Shown here: piece by piece, positions 28,112 to 37,258 of the stretch
Numbering within the stretch: the first letter of the stretch is position 1
Layout: every line of letters starts with the position of its first letter
Source of the DNA: Candidatus Competibacteraceae bacterium
Lineage (GTDB): Bacteria; Pseudomonadota; Gammaproteobacteria; Competibacterales; Competibacteraceae
Length of the DNA: 64,000 nucleotides
Assembly: GCA_035575095.1 (NCBI GenBank)
Contig: DATLYF010000126.1
Coordinates: 3,230 to 67,229, forward strand
Direction of reading: 5' to 3'
The notes under the pieces: generated by a model
Told to the model about the DNA's origin: nothing
Databases searched by the model: none
The model's input: only the letters and a program-made list of their open reading frames with translations
Position numbers and translations under genes: made by a program

Positions 28112-29305
28112 ATGATCCTGAATAGCGCGAAGCGACTGACTGGACCGGCGACGGCGGCCCTGGTGGCGATGGGGGTGCTCTCTGGCGCAGGCTTGGCCCA
28201 TGCTGCCGAAGACAAAATCAAACTCGGCCTATTGCTGCCCTATAGCGGCACATACGCCGATCTTGGCAACGCCATCACCAATGGGCTGAAGCTTGCCATC
28301 GAAGAGCAGGGCGGCAAGCTCGGCGGCAAGGCCGTGGAGTATGCGGTCGTCGATGACGAGGCTGATCCCGGCAAGGCGCCGCAGAACACCAACAAGCTGG
28401 TGGTCGGCGAGAAGGTCGATTTCCTCATCGGCACCGTGCACTCGGGGGTGGCGATGGGCATGCTCAAGGTCGCGCGTGAGGAAGGCACGATCACCCTCAT
28501 CCCCAACGCTGGCCTCAACGCCGCTACCCGCGAGCTGTGCGCCCCGAACGTGTTTCGGACCTCGTTCTCGAGCTGGCAGACCGCCTACCCGATGGGCCGT
28601 GCCGCGGTCGAGCGGGGCTACAAGCGCATCGTCACCATTGCCTGGAACTACAGCTTCGGCAAGGAATCGCTCGAGGGCTTCGAGCAGGGCTTCAAGGAGG
28701 CCGGGGGCACTGTGGTCAAACAGATCCTCACACCCTTTCCCCAGACTGAGTTCCAGTCCTATCTCACCGAGATCGCCTCCCTCAAGCCTGATGCGGTGTT
28801 TGCCTTCTATGCCGGAGCCGGTGCCGTGAAGTTCGTCAAGGACTACGCCGCGGCCGGTCTCAAGGCATCGATCCCGCTGCTTGGCTCGGGCTTTCTCACC
28901 GATGGCACCTTGCCGGCCCAGGGCGAGGCGGCCGACGGTCTGCTGACGGTGCTGCACTATGGCGATGGCCTCGATAACCCCACCGACAAGAAGTTCCGCG
29001 CCGCCTACAAGCAAAAGTTCGGCAAGGAGGCCGATGTCTACGCGGTGCAGGGCTATGACACGGGGCTTGCGCTTGTGCAAGCGCTTGCCGTGGTGCAGGG
29101 CGACCTCAAGGACAAGAAGCGGCTCATCGCCGCCCTCGAGCAGGTCGAGGTCGACAGCCCCCGGGGCCAATGGCGCTTCTCCAAGGCCCATCACCCGATC
29201 CAGGACATCTACCTGCGCGAGGCGAAGGCTGGCGCCAATCAGGTGATCGGCGTGGCCGCCAAACAGCTCGCCGATCCCGCCACCGGCTGCCCGATGGCGA
29301 AGTAA
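28112..29305 (+). CDS. ABC substrate-binding protein, LivK/aromatic-acid type
   Basis: Start at MILNSAK behind GGAGGA, with signal peptide ending AGLAHA. It is a type I PBP followed by LivHMGF-type genes. The upstream part of the listed ORF (27950-28111) is AT-rich non-coding. Confidence 0.85.
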   Translation: MILNSAKRLTGPATAALVAMGVLSGAGLAHAAEDKIKLGLLLPYSGTYADLGNAITNGLKLAIEEQGGKLGGKAVEYAVVDDEADPGKAPQNTNKLVVGEKVDFLIGTVHSGVAMGMLKVAREEGTITLIPNAGLNAATRELCAPNVFRTSFSSWQTAYPMGRAAVERGYKRIVTIAWNYSFGKESLEGFEQGFKEAGGTVVKQILTPFPQTEFQSYLTEIASLKPDAVFAFYAGAGAVKFVKDYAAAGLKASIPLLGSGFLTDGTLPAQGEAADGLLTVLHYGDGLDNPTDKKFRAAYKQKFGKEADVYAVQGYDTGLALVQALAVVQGDLKDKKRLIAALEQVEVDSPRGQWRFSKAHHPIQDIYLREAKAGANQVIGVAAKQLADPATGCPMAK

Positions 29306-29334
29306 TACCAATCCCGTAAACGCGGCTCCTGGCC

Positions 29335-29358
29335 CCCTCTCCCGCCAGCGGGAGAGGG
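29335..29358. repeat. GC-rich palindromic (REP-like) element, copy 3
   Basis: CCCTCTCCCGC-ca-GCGGGAGAGGG, 30 nt after the binding-protein stop. It has the same CCCTCTCCC/GGGAGAGGG core as copies 1 and 2. Confidence 0.45.
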
Positions 29359-29488
29359 AACACAACCCCTGCCTTGGAACCGTATTCGATGAATTGGTAG
29401 GAGTCCAGCAATGGCCCCCGGTACCAGTGAGTAATCGGGCGGCTAGCCGCCGGAGTTCCGTTTACCAACCTACCCTGCGGACAGACCC

Positions 29489-30349
29489 ATGGAACTCTCC
29501 TCCTTCCTCATCCAGCTGCTGAACGGCGTGCAGTACGGGCTGCTGCTGTTTCTGATCGCCAGCGGACTGACCCTGGTCTTTGGGATCATGGGCATCATCA
29601 ACCTCGCCCATGGCGTGATGTACATGATCGGGGCATACCTGGCGTTTTCCCTGACGGCGCAGACGGGAAGCCTCACTCTGGCCATCGCGCTCGGCATCCC
29701 AATCATGCTGGCGATCGGCATCATCATCGAGCGTTACTTCATCAATGTCCTGTATCGGCGCAATCACCTGGATCAGGTGCTGCTTACCTACGGCTTTATT
29801 CTGGTGTTCAACGAGCTGCAAAAGATTCTCTGGGGCAGCGAGGTGCACGCAGTCCCGGTCCCGGAAATGTTCAACTACTCGATTGCCCTGACCGAAAACC
29901 TGAGCTACCCCATCTACCGGTTGGTCGTCTCGGGCGTCTGCCTTGCCTTGGCAATCAGCCTGTATTTCCTGATCCAGAAAACGAAGCTCGGCATGACGAT
30001 CCGCGCCGGGGCGAGCAACCGGGAGATGGTCGAGGCGCTCGGGATCAACATCCGCGCCCTCTATACCCTGATCTTCGCGGGGGGTGTCGCTCTGGCTGCC
30101 TTCGCCGGCATGCTCGCCGCCCCGATCACCTCCGTCTATCCCGGCATGGGCGATGCAGTCCTGATCGTCTGTTTCGTGGTGGTGGTGATCGGCGGCATCG
30201 GCTCGATCAAGGGTGCCTTCTTCGGGGCGATGCTGATCGGCCTGGCCGATACCTTCGGGGCGGTGCTGCTGCCGCAGCTCTCGAGTCTCATCGTCTACGC
30301 GCTGATGGCCCTGGTGCTGCTGTGGCGGCCGCGCGGCCTGTTTGCCTGA
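29489..30349 (+). CDS. Branched-chain/aromatic-acid ABC permease (LivH type)
   Basis: 286-aa polytopic membrane protein in the usual LivH position and of the usual length. Confidence 0.85.
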   Translation: MELSSFLIQLLNGVQYGLLLFLIASGLTLVFGIMGIINLAHGVMYMIGAYLAFSLTAQTGSLTLAIALGIPIMLAIGIIIERYFINVLYRRNHLDQVLLTYGFILVFNELQKILWGSEVHAVPVPEMFNYSIALTENLSYPIYRLVVSGVCLALAISLYFLIQKTKLGMTIRAGASNREMVEALGINIRALYTLIFAGGVALAAFAGMLAAPITSVYPGMGDAVLIVCFVVVVIGGIGSIKGAFFGAMLIGLADTFGAVLLPQLSSLIVYALMALVLLWRPRGLFA

Positions 30350-30362
30350 GGGGATAAGCCTT

Positions 30363-31409
30363 ATGTTGCACTCCCTGCCGAATGCTCTGCGCTGGCTGTT
30401 GCTGGCGGCTGTCGTGGTGCTTGCGCTCTATCCGCTCTATGGCGGCTGGCTGCTGGGTGAAAAGGAGACCTTCTTCCTGCAAAAGCTCACCACCATGATG
30501 ATTCTGGCGATCTTCGCCATGAGCCTGGATCTCCTGGTGGGGGTGACGGGGCTGGTGAGCCTGGGCCATGCCCTGTTCTTCGGGCTCTCGGGCTATGTCT
30601 TGGCCCTCACCGCCCCCGCGTACGAGGCGGCCAGCCTGTGGCTTACGCTACCGCTGTCTCTTGCGGCGAGCGCGGCGGCGGCCCTGGTGATAGGACTGCT
30701 CAGCATCCGTACCTCGGGCATCTACTTCATCATGGTAACGCTCGCCTTCGGGCAGATGTTCTTTTACTTCTTCAACGACTCGGCGCTGGCTGGCGGCTCC
30801 GACGGGCTCTACATCTACTTCAAGCCCGAGGTCAAGCTCGCTGGTTTTGAGCTTCTCGATCTCGAAGACAAGCAGAATTTCTTTTATCTGGCTCTTGGCG
30901 CCATGGTCGGCGTCTACCTCTTCCTGCGCATACTGCTTCGCTCGCCCTTCGGGCAGGTGCTGCAGGGCATCCATGCCAATGAGCACCGCATCCGCGCGCT
31001 CGGCTACAACGCCACTGCCTTCAAGCTGGTGAGCTTCGTGATCGCGGGGACGCTTGCAGGCCTCGCCGGCTTTCTCGCAGCTGCGCAGTTTGGCTTCGTC
31101 AACCCGAGCAACCTGCATTGGCATGCCTCGGGCTCGGCACTGATGATGGTGATCATGGGCGGTATGGGGACGTTGTTTGGGCCGGCGCTCGGCGCCTTTG
31201 CCTTCGAGCTCCTGCATTATGTCTACGAGGATCTTACCGAGCACTGGCTGTTGCTGATGGGTCTCACCGTAATCAGCATGGTCCTCTTCCTGCCCAAGGG
31301 GCTGGGGGGGCTGCTCCTGGTGCTCACCGCCCCGAAGGCGAAGAGCCCGTTGCCGGCCCGCGGCGGCCTCAAGCCCAAGCTCGTCAACCCCAAGGAGATT
31401 GGCCGATGA
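30363..31409 (+). CDS. ABC permease (LivM type)
   Basis: Start at MLHSLPN after GAGGGG. Polytopic membrane protein whose stop overlaps the next start (ATGA). Confidence 0.85.
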   Translation: MLHSLPNALRWLLLAAVVVLALYPLYGGWLLGEKETFFLQKLTTMMILAIFAMSLDLLVGVTGLVSLGHALFFGLSGYVLALTAPAYEAASLWLTLPLSLAASAAAALVIGLLSIRTSGIYFIMVTLAFGQMFFYFFNDSALAGGSDGLYIYFKPEVKLAGFELLDLEDKQNFFYLALGAMVGVYLFLRILLRSPFGQVLQGIHANEHRIRALGYNATAFKLVSFVIAGTLAGLAGFLAAAQFGFVNPSNLHWHASGSALMMVIMGGMGTLFGPALGAFAFELLHYVYEDLTEHWLLLMGLTVISMVLFLPKGLGGLLLVLTAPKAKSPLPARGGLKPKLVNPKEIGR

Positions 31410-32164
31410 CTGCGCCCATCTTGGTGACCGAAGGCCTGAGCAAGCGCTTCGGGGGCCTGTGTGCGGTGGATGAGGTCTCGTTGCGCTTTGTGCGCGGCGA
31501 GGTCCACGCGATCCTTGGGCCCAACGGCGCCGGCAAGAGCACGCTGGTCAATCTCCTCTCCGGCGATCTGCTCCCCACGAGCGGCTCGATCCGCTTCGAG
31601 GGCCGCGACATCACCCGGCTGCCCGCCTATCGGCGCTCGCAGCTCGGGATCGGACGCAGTTACCAGAAAACCAATATTTTTCCGAGCTTTACCTGCTTCG
31701 AGAACTGCTGGCTCGCGGCGCAGTCGCGGCTCCCCACCTCAATGCGCTTCCTGCGCCCGGCCCGGCGGCTCAAGTTGATCTGGGAGCGCACCGCGCGCGC
31801 CCTTGAGCTCTGCGGCCTCGCGGAGCGGGCTCAGACCGTGGCCTCGGCCATGAGCTATGGCGAGCAGCGCCAGCTCGAGATCGGCATGGTGCTCGCCACC
31901 GAGCCGCGCCTGCTGCTGCTCGATGAACCCATGGCCGGCATGGGCAAGGAGGAGTCCGAGCGCGTCGTCGCGCTGCTGCGCTCGCTTGCCGGGGACTACA
32001 CCTTGATCCTCATCGAGCACGACATGGACGCCGTGTTCGCCCTGGCCGATGCGCTCACTGTCATGGTGAACGGACGGGTGCTCGATAGCGGACCCGTGCT
32101 GCAGGTCCGTAACAACATCGCCGTCCAGGAGGCGTATCTGGGCAGCGCCGAGGGGGTTTATTGA
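31406..32164 (+). CDS. ABC ATP-binding protein (LivG type)
   Basis: Start at MTAPILVTEGLSKRFGG. Walker A GPNGAGKST, signature MSYGEQRQ and Walker B LLLLDEP. Confidence 0.9.
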   Translation: MTAPILVTEGLSKRFGGLCAVDEVSLRFVRGEVHAILGPNGAGKSTLVNLLSGDLLPTSGSIRFEGRDITRLPAYRRSQLGIGRSYQKTNIFPSFTCFENCWLAAQSRLPTSMRFLRPARRLKLIWERTARALELCGLAERAQTVASAMSYGEQRQLEIGMVLATEPRLLLLDEPMAGMGKEESERVVALLRSLAGDYTLILIEHDMDAVFALADALTVMVNGRVLDSGPVLQVRNNIAVQEAYLGSAEGVY

Positions 32165-32165
32165 G

Positions 32166-32912
32166 ATGACGACTTCTGTGATGACAGCGCAGGCCGCGGC
32201 CTGCGATCTCATCGTCGAGGCAAGTGGCCTGCACACCTATTACGGCGCGAGCCACGTCCTGCACGGCGTGGATTTTCGGGTGAGCCGAGGCGAGACGGTG
32301 AGCCTGCTGGGGCGTAACGGCATGGGCAAGACCACAACCCTACGCTCCATCCTGGGCTTCGTGCCGCCGAAGCAAGGGGTGGTGCGGATCAATGGCCGTG
32401 ACATGACCGGCGCCAAGCCCTACCAGGTCATCCGCCAGCACATCGCCTACGTGCCCGAAGGGCGGGGCATCTTTTCCAACCTCACGGTGCGGGAACACCT
32501 GCTCATGCCCGCCCGTCCCGGGGCGAATGGGCGCATGAATTGGACCTTCGAGCGGGTCATGGACACCTTCCCCCGGCTCTCGGAGCGCCTCAACCACCTG
32601 GGTGGACAGCTCTCCGGCGGCGAGCAGCAGATGCTCGCCATCGGACGGGCCCTGATGACCAACCCCGACCTTCTGATCCTCGACGAGGCGACCGAGGGGC
32701 TGGCCCCGCTCATCCGCGAGGAGATCTGGCGCATCATCCGCACCATCAAGGACGACGGCATCGCCACTGTGATTGTGGACAAGAACGTGAACGTACTGCT
32801 CGGACTGGCCGATCGCAACGTCATCTTGGTCAAGGGGCAGGTGGTGTTCGACGGCTCCAGCGATGAGCTGCGGGATCAACCCGAGATTCTGGCGCAGCAC
32901 ATCGGGGTCTGA
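32166..32912 (+). CDS. ABC ATP-binding protein (LivF type)
   Basis: Walker A GRNGMGKTT, signature LSGGEQQM and Walker B LLILDEATEGLAP. Confidence 0.9.
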   Translation: MTTSVMTAQAAACDLIVEASGLHTYYGASHVLHGVDFRVSRGETVSLLGRNGMGKTTTLRSILGFVPPKQGVVRINGRDMTGAKPYQVIRQHIAYVPEGRGIFSNLTVREHLLMPARPGANGRMNWTFERVMDTFPRLSERLNHLGGQLSGGEQQMLAIGRALMTNPDLLILDEATEGLAPLIREEIWRIIRTIKDDGIATVIVDKNVNVLLGLADRNVILVKGQVVFDGSSDELRDQPEILAQHIGV

Positions 32913-32941
32913 GGGTCCTGCCGCAGACGCGGACTAACGAG

Positions 32942-33541
32942 ATGACGAACATGTTCAAGGCGATCGATATCATTCAGGCAGAACACCGGCGCCTCGCGGC
33001 CATGCTCCATTGCTTGGCGAGCGTCCTCCAGGATGTGAAAAAGGGGATGTTAGAGCCCGATTTCGAGCTCTTCGAGGCGGTGCTGCATTACGTGGAATCG
33101 TTTCTGTACCACTTTCATCATCCCAAGGAAGACAGCTACCTCTTTTGCACGTTGCGGGAGCGTGTGCCCGAGCTCGACAAGGTCCTCGATCAGTTGGAGG
33201 AGGAGCACCAGCACGGTGCCCGCCTGGTCGAACGGTTACGGACCACCCTGGAGGCGTACAAACGCCATGGCGGCCCGGGGCTCCCCGCGTTCCTGGCAGC
33301 GGCAGAGGACTATTACCAATTCGAATACAAGCACATGGCGATGGAGGAGCGGGAGGTTTTGCCGCTCGCCCGTAAGCGGCTGACCGAGGAGGACAGGGCC
33401 AGATTGGATGCCGTATTCATGGCCCACGAAGATCCGCTCTTCGGCGACAAGCCCAAGAAGGAGTTCGAAACCCTGTACACGGCGATCCTCAACCGGGCGC
33501 CAGCACCCCACGGGCTGGGGCTGCGCGCCGACCGCCATTAG
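32942..33541 (+). CDS. Hemerythrin/HHE cation-binding domain protein (paralogue 2)
   Basis: 199 aa with IIQAEHRR, HHPKEDSYLF and KHMAMEERE. It is collinear with the 14969 ORF and has a ~35-aa C-terminal extension. Confidence 0.75.
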   Translation: MTNMFKAIDIIQAEHRRLAAMLHCLASVLQDVKKGMLEPDFELFEAVLHYVESFLYHFHHPKEDSYLFCTLRERVPELDKVLDQLEEEHQHGARLVERLRTTLEAYKRHGGPGLPAFLAAAEDYYQFEYKHMAMEEREVLPLARKRLTEEDRARLDAVFMAHEDPLFGDKPKKEFETLYTAILNRAPAPHGLGLRADRH

Positions 33542-33555
33542 GGCTCTACTCTGCT

Positions 33556-33720
33556 GTGAGCGACGATGCATGGGCCTTCGTCGCGCCGTATCTGACGCTA
33601 CTCATCGGCAGGGGGCGATACATCGAGGACTCTCTCAGGATGGGACTCGATCCTCGGTTGCCATGCAGGGTGTTTTTCACAAATTGGTATTACCAGACCG
33701 GCAAGCCGGTTTGGCTCTAA
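33556..33720 (+). mobile_element. Remnant of the 5' end of an IS5-family (DUF4096-type) transposase gene
   Basis: The 55-codon frame reads VSDDAWAFVAPYLTLLIGRGRYIEDSLRMGLDPRLPCRVFFTNWYYQTGKPVWL-stop. The (D/A)xWAFVAPYLTL start and ...LP.DFPPW..VY.Q..RW spacing resemble that transposase N-terminus. No DDE domain or inverted repeats were seen. Confidence 0.45.
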
Positions 33721-33790
33721 GCTGCGCCCAGCCTCCTAGACTTAAATCAAATCGAGGGCAGATTCCCGAGCGAGTTGGATTGGGTGGGCG

Positions 33791-34867
33791 ATGACCAAAA
33801 GCGCGCGAAAGGGGTGGTTTAACCGACCAGGTCCTGGAGCCGTGGCGGGTTGCGTCGTGCTTCTGGTTGCCAGCTTGCTGCTGGTGGGGTGGGGTGCCGG
33901 GGTCTTGCAGGCCGGAAAGGCATCGCCCGCTCCAACAGCGACTCCATCGCCTCCCCGGCAGGCGGTCACAGCCCTTGGTGTGAGGGACGAGATCAAGGCA
34001 AGCAAACGGTGGAAGATTGCCTATCTCGTGAAGGTTAGAGAGGAAGCCAGCTTCTATTGGGCACGGGCGAAGCAAGGGGCCGAAACCGCAGGACGGGATT
34101 TCAATGTGGATGTGGCAGTGTTCGCTCCGCCCAAGGCGCAAGAAGATATCGCGGCACAGATCAAAGCAATGGATGCCCTCATCCATCAAGGCGAGGTCAA
34201 TGGCATCATCATCGCTCCGGTGGATACCTACCGCCTGGCGCCGGTAACGGAAAAGGCCATCGCGGCTGGGATCCCCGTCATCGTCCATGACACACCTCTT
34301 GATGCCAAGGGGCTCCTGACATTTGTAGTATTTGACAACGTGAAGGCCGGGCGGATGCTTGGTCAGTGGGTAGTTGGACAGCTGGGCGGGCGCGGCGATG
34401 TGCTTATCCTGGAGGGCCTGATGGGACACCAGAACGCCATCGAGCGGCGCAATGGGATGCTAGAAGGCCTGCGGGTGGGTGATATCAATGTCCTGGGCCT
34501 CCAATCGGGCCGTTGGCTGCGGGGCGAGGCACGGCGCATCACCAGGGCTTGGCTGCGTCAGTTTCCCCGGGTCGATGCCATCCTGGCTGCCGGTGATGAT
34601 ATGGCATTGGGGGCGGCCGAGGTGGTAGCCGAGGCGCATCGGGAGGGCATCATCATCACCGGCTTTGATGGCAACCGGGATGCCTTGGTGGCCATTGGAG
34701 AAGGGCGATTGCACGCCACCATTGACCAGGTGCCGGAACGGCTGGCAAGGCTCGCAGTGCAATTGATGGTCCGCCATCTCGAGACCGGCGAGACCTTTCC
34801 CCAGACTCTGCTGTGGAGCGATATTCAACTGATCACCCAAGACAATATCGCCCGGTTCCTGCCATAG
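33791..34867 (+). CDS. Membrane-anchored periplasmic sugar-binding-like protein (PBP type I)
   Basis: N-terminal TM helix AVAGCVVLLVASLLLVGWG, a Pro/Ala/Thr linker, then a ribose-binding-like domain (IAYLVKV..., GIIIAPVD, VIVHDTPL, ILAAGDDMALGA). Confidence 0.75.
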   Translation: MTKSARKGWFNRPGPGAVAGCVVLLVASLLLVGWGAGVLQAGKASPAPTATPSPPRQAVTALGVRDEIKASKRWKIAYLVKVREEASFYWARAKQGAETAGRDFNVDVAVFAPPKAQEDIAAQIKAMDALIHQGEVNGIIIAPVDTYRLAPVTEKAIAAGIPVIVHDTPLDAKGLLTFVVFDNVKAGRMLGQWVVGQLGGRGDVLILEGLMGHQNAIERRNGMLEGLRVGDINVLGLQSGRWLRGEARRITRAWLRQFPRVDAILAAGDDMALGAAEVVAEAHREGIIITGFDGNRDALVAIGEGRLHATIDQVPERLARLAVQLMVRHLETGETFPQTLLWSDIQLITQDNIARFLP

Positions 34868-34909
34868 CTCCCAGCCCCTGCCATAGCTCCCAGCCAGTGA
34901 GCGATCGCC

Positions 34910-37009
34910 ATGAAATGGGTTGTAACCTTGTTCAGGCAGGAGAGCTCCCTCAGCCGGCGGCTGCACCGGCGCGTCATTCTGCTGGGCTTTATCGCCGTTG
35001 TGGGGCTGGTCATCGCCATCGTGGTTGGCCTGCTCGGTACCTTGGATCGGCTAGAGCGACAGCTTCGCGAGACTGGGATAATGGCAGTCCACGCCTTTGA
35101 TTTCCACCTGCTCGAGGTCAAGAGCGATCTGATCGCAACCGGTGAAGCGCTGAGTGAGGCCGATGATCCGGGCGCTGTCCTGCGCCACCTGATCGCTCGC
35201 AGGCCCACCCTCTTTGAGCTGCTGCTAATCGACTCTCAAGGCAGGGTGCTGGTGCAGCGCCATCGGGTGGGCAGGCCCGATCTGACAGAGGTGGCTAAAC
35301 AGCCGTGGCTGGACACCGTTCGGGCTGGCGAGCTCTATCTCGGCCCGGTGGATTTCGGGGAATTCAGCGTACCGACCGTGAACCTGGCTGTTCCCGTCGC
35401 CGATAAGCTGGGCGTGTTTGCGGCCACGCTGGTGGCCAGGTTTGATCTGACCACCTTGTGGAATATTGCCATCGGGCTGCGGGTTGGCGAGACCGGCTAT
35501 GTCTATATCACCGATCAAGTGGGCCAATTGGTGGCCTACCGCAACCTGCGCTTCCTGCATAGCGGGATCACTATGGAAAAACGGGTGGGCGCCACGCCCT
35601 GGGCCATCGCCGATGGTGGACTCCATGTCTATACCGGCCTCGGTGGCGCCCCGGTGATTGCCCTGGGGATGCCGTTCGAGCTGGCCCCGTGGTTTGCCAT
35701 CGTCGAGCAACCGCTGGTGGAGGCCCTGGGCCCCTTCGTGCTGCGCTCGCTGGGGCTATTGGCTGCCTTGGTGCTGGCCGGTCTGCTGGTCAACAGTATT
35801 GCGCATTTCACCCGCCATAAGATTCTGTTCCCGTTGAGACTGCTGCAGCAAGGGGTGGAGCAGCTGCAGGCCGGTGATCTCAGTGCCCGCACGGAGCTGC
35901 CGCCAGGATATGGCGAGCTGAGCCAACTGGCGGGTGCCTTCGACCAGATGGCCGCGCGGCTCCAGGAACGCGAGGAGCAATTGCGCCAGTCTCTGGCCGA
36001 GGTCACAGCGCTCAAGAACCTGCTCGACAACATCTTCGCCTCCATCGTCAGCGGAGTCATCACCACGGACCTGCACGGGAGAATCACTCTGTGTAACCTG
36101 GCCGCCTTGCATATCCTGGGATATCGACAGGCTGCTGAGCTCGTGGGACAGAATATGGCTGAGCTTTTTCCTCCCTTAGGGGAGACGCTGTTACCCCACT
36201 TCTTTAAGGTTTGCCAAACGGATAAGCCGGTGATCGGCCTCGAAGTGAGCCCCACCCTGCCGCAGCGCGGTCCCGTGCACCTGCGCTTCAATCTCTCCGC
36301 CCTTAGAGGTTTCAATCAACTCCAGGGTGTGGCCATCGTCCTCGATGACGTGACGGATATGAGACGCATGGAGGCCCAGCGGCGCCTGCTGGAGCACATG
36401 GTCTCGCCCGTGATCCTGAATCAAATCGATCCTGAGCGTCTCGCGCTGGGCGGCAAACGCATGGAGATCACCACGCTTTTTGCCGATATCCATGGCTTTA
36501 CGAGCATCAGCGAGCAACTGAGTCCAGAGGATCTGGTCGGGTTGCTCAACCGGTATCTCGCGGCGATGGCCAACGCTGTGCTGGCTGAGGAAGGGAGCAT
36601 CGATAAATTCTTGGGGGATGCGGTCATGGCCTGGTTCAATGCCCCGCTCCCTCAGAGCGATCATGTCCTGCGAGCGGTGCGTGCGGCGCTGGGGATTCGC
36701 GATGCGATCCACGCCCTGCATCAGGAGCTATCCCCCATCTTCCGGCTCTCCCTTGGCGTCGGGATTCATGTCGGCGAGGCGGTGCTCGGGCTAATCGGCT
36801 CGGAGGAGCGCATGGAGTACACTGCCATCGGCGACGATGTGAACATCGCCAAGCGCATCCAGGAGTACACCGGGCTCGATCAGATCCTGATCAGCGCCGC
36901 AGTCTATGCCCGCGTGCAGGAGCACATCTCGGTACGCCCAGGGACCGTGATCCAGGTCAAGGGCAAGCAGAAACCGCTCGAAGTGTATGAAGTCCTCGGC
37001 TTGAAGTGA
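34910..37009 (+). CDS. Membrane sensor adenylate cyclase: TM-Cache-like periplasmic domain-TM-HAMP-PAS-class III cyclase
   Basis: 699 aa with two TM segments flanking ~250 aa, a HAMP-like LRLLQQGVEQLQAGDLS...FDQMAARL, a PAS-like segment and a cyclase core FADIHGFTS...DKFLGDAVMAWF...EYTAIGDDVNIAKR. The Lys/Thr substrate-specifying pair fits adenylate cyclases. Confidence 0.85.
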   Translation: MKWVVTLFRQESSLSRRLHRRVILLGFIAVVGLVIAIVVGLLGTLDRLERQLRETGIMAVHAFDFHLLEVKSDLIATGEALSEADDPGAVLRHLIARRPTLFELLLIDSQGRVLVQRHRVGRPDLTEVAKQPWLDTVRAGELYLGPVDFGEFSVPTVNLAVPVADKLGVFAATLVARFDLTTLWNIAIGLRVGETGYVYITDQVGQLVAYRNLRFLHSGITMEKRVGATPWAIADGGLHVYTGLGGAPVIALGMPFELAPWFAIVEQPLVEALGPFVLRSLGLLAALVLAGLLVNSIAHFTRHKILFPLRLLQQGVEQLQAGDLSARTELPPGYGELSQLAGAFDQMAARLQEREEQLRQSLAEVTALKNLLDNIFASIVSGVITTDLHGRITLCNLAALHILGYRQAAELVGQNMAELFPPLGETLLPHFFKVCQTDKPVIGLEVSPTLPQRGPVHLRFNLSALRGFNQLQGVAIVLDDVTDMRRMEAQRRLLEHMVSPVILNQIDPERLALGGKRMEITTLFADIHGFTSISEQLSPEDLVGLLNRYLAAMANAVLAEEGSIDKFLGDAVMAWFNAPLPQSDHVLRAVRAALGIRDAIHALHQELSPIFRLSLGVGIHVGEAVLGLIGSEERMEYTAIGDDVNIAKRIQEYTGLDQILISAAVYARVQEHISVRPGTVIQVKGKQKPLEVYEVLGLK

Positions 37010-37258
37010 AGGCAACCTGAATTGCAGCCTATACGGCTGTAACTGGGAGACTGCACGGCCAGGCGGTTGTCACAGAAATCCGAGGCTGGGAACCACGCCC
37101 GAAGTACGCCGCCGCAGTTGATGGCTATGCGGACGAAATCCATGAGGCGCTGTGGCTAGCAAACTGCCGAGGTTCGAACCACCGGCATCGATACCTCGAC
37201 AGGAGGACCAGCGTTCGGTGCCCTCAAGCGTTCCGAGCACCGTCCATTGATTTATTAG

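Noticed and set aside
37160-37200. A T-loop-like GGTTCGAACC, suggesting a second tRNA or tmRNA next to the tRNA(CAU)
   Set aside because: I could not build matching T-stem, acceptor or anticodon arms on either strand. It is kept only as part of the unassigned 250-bp spacer.
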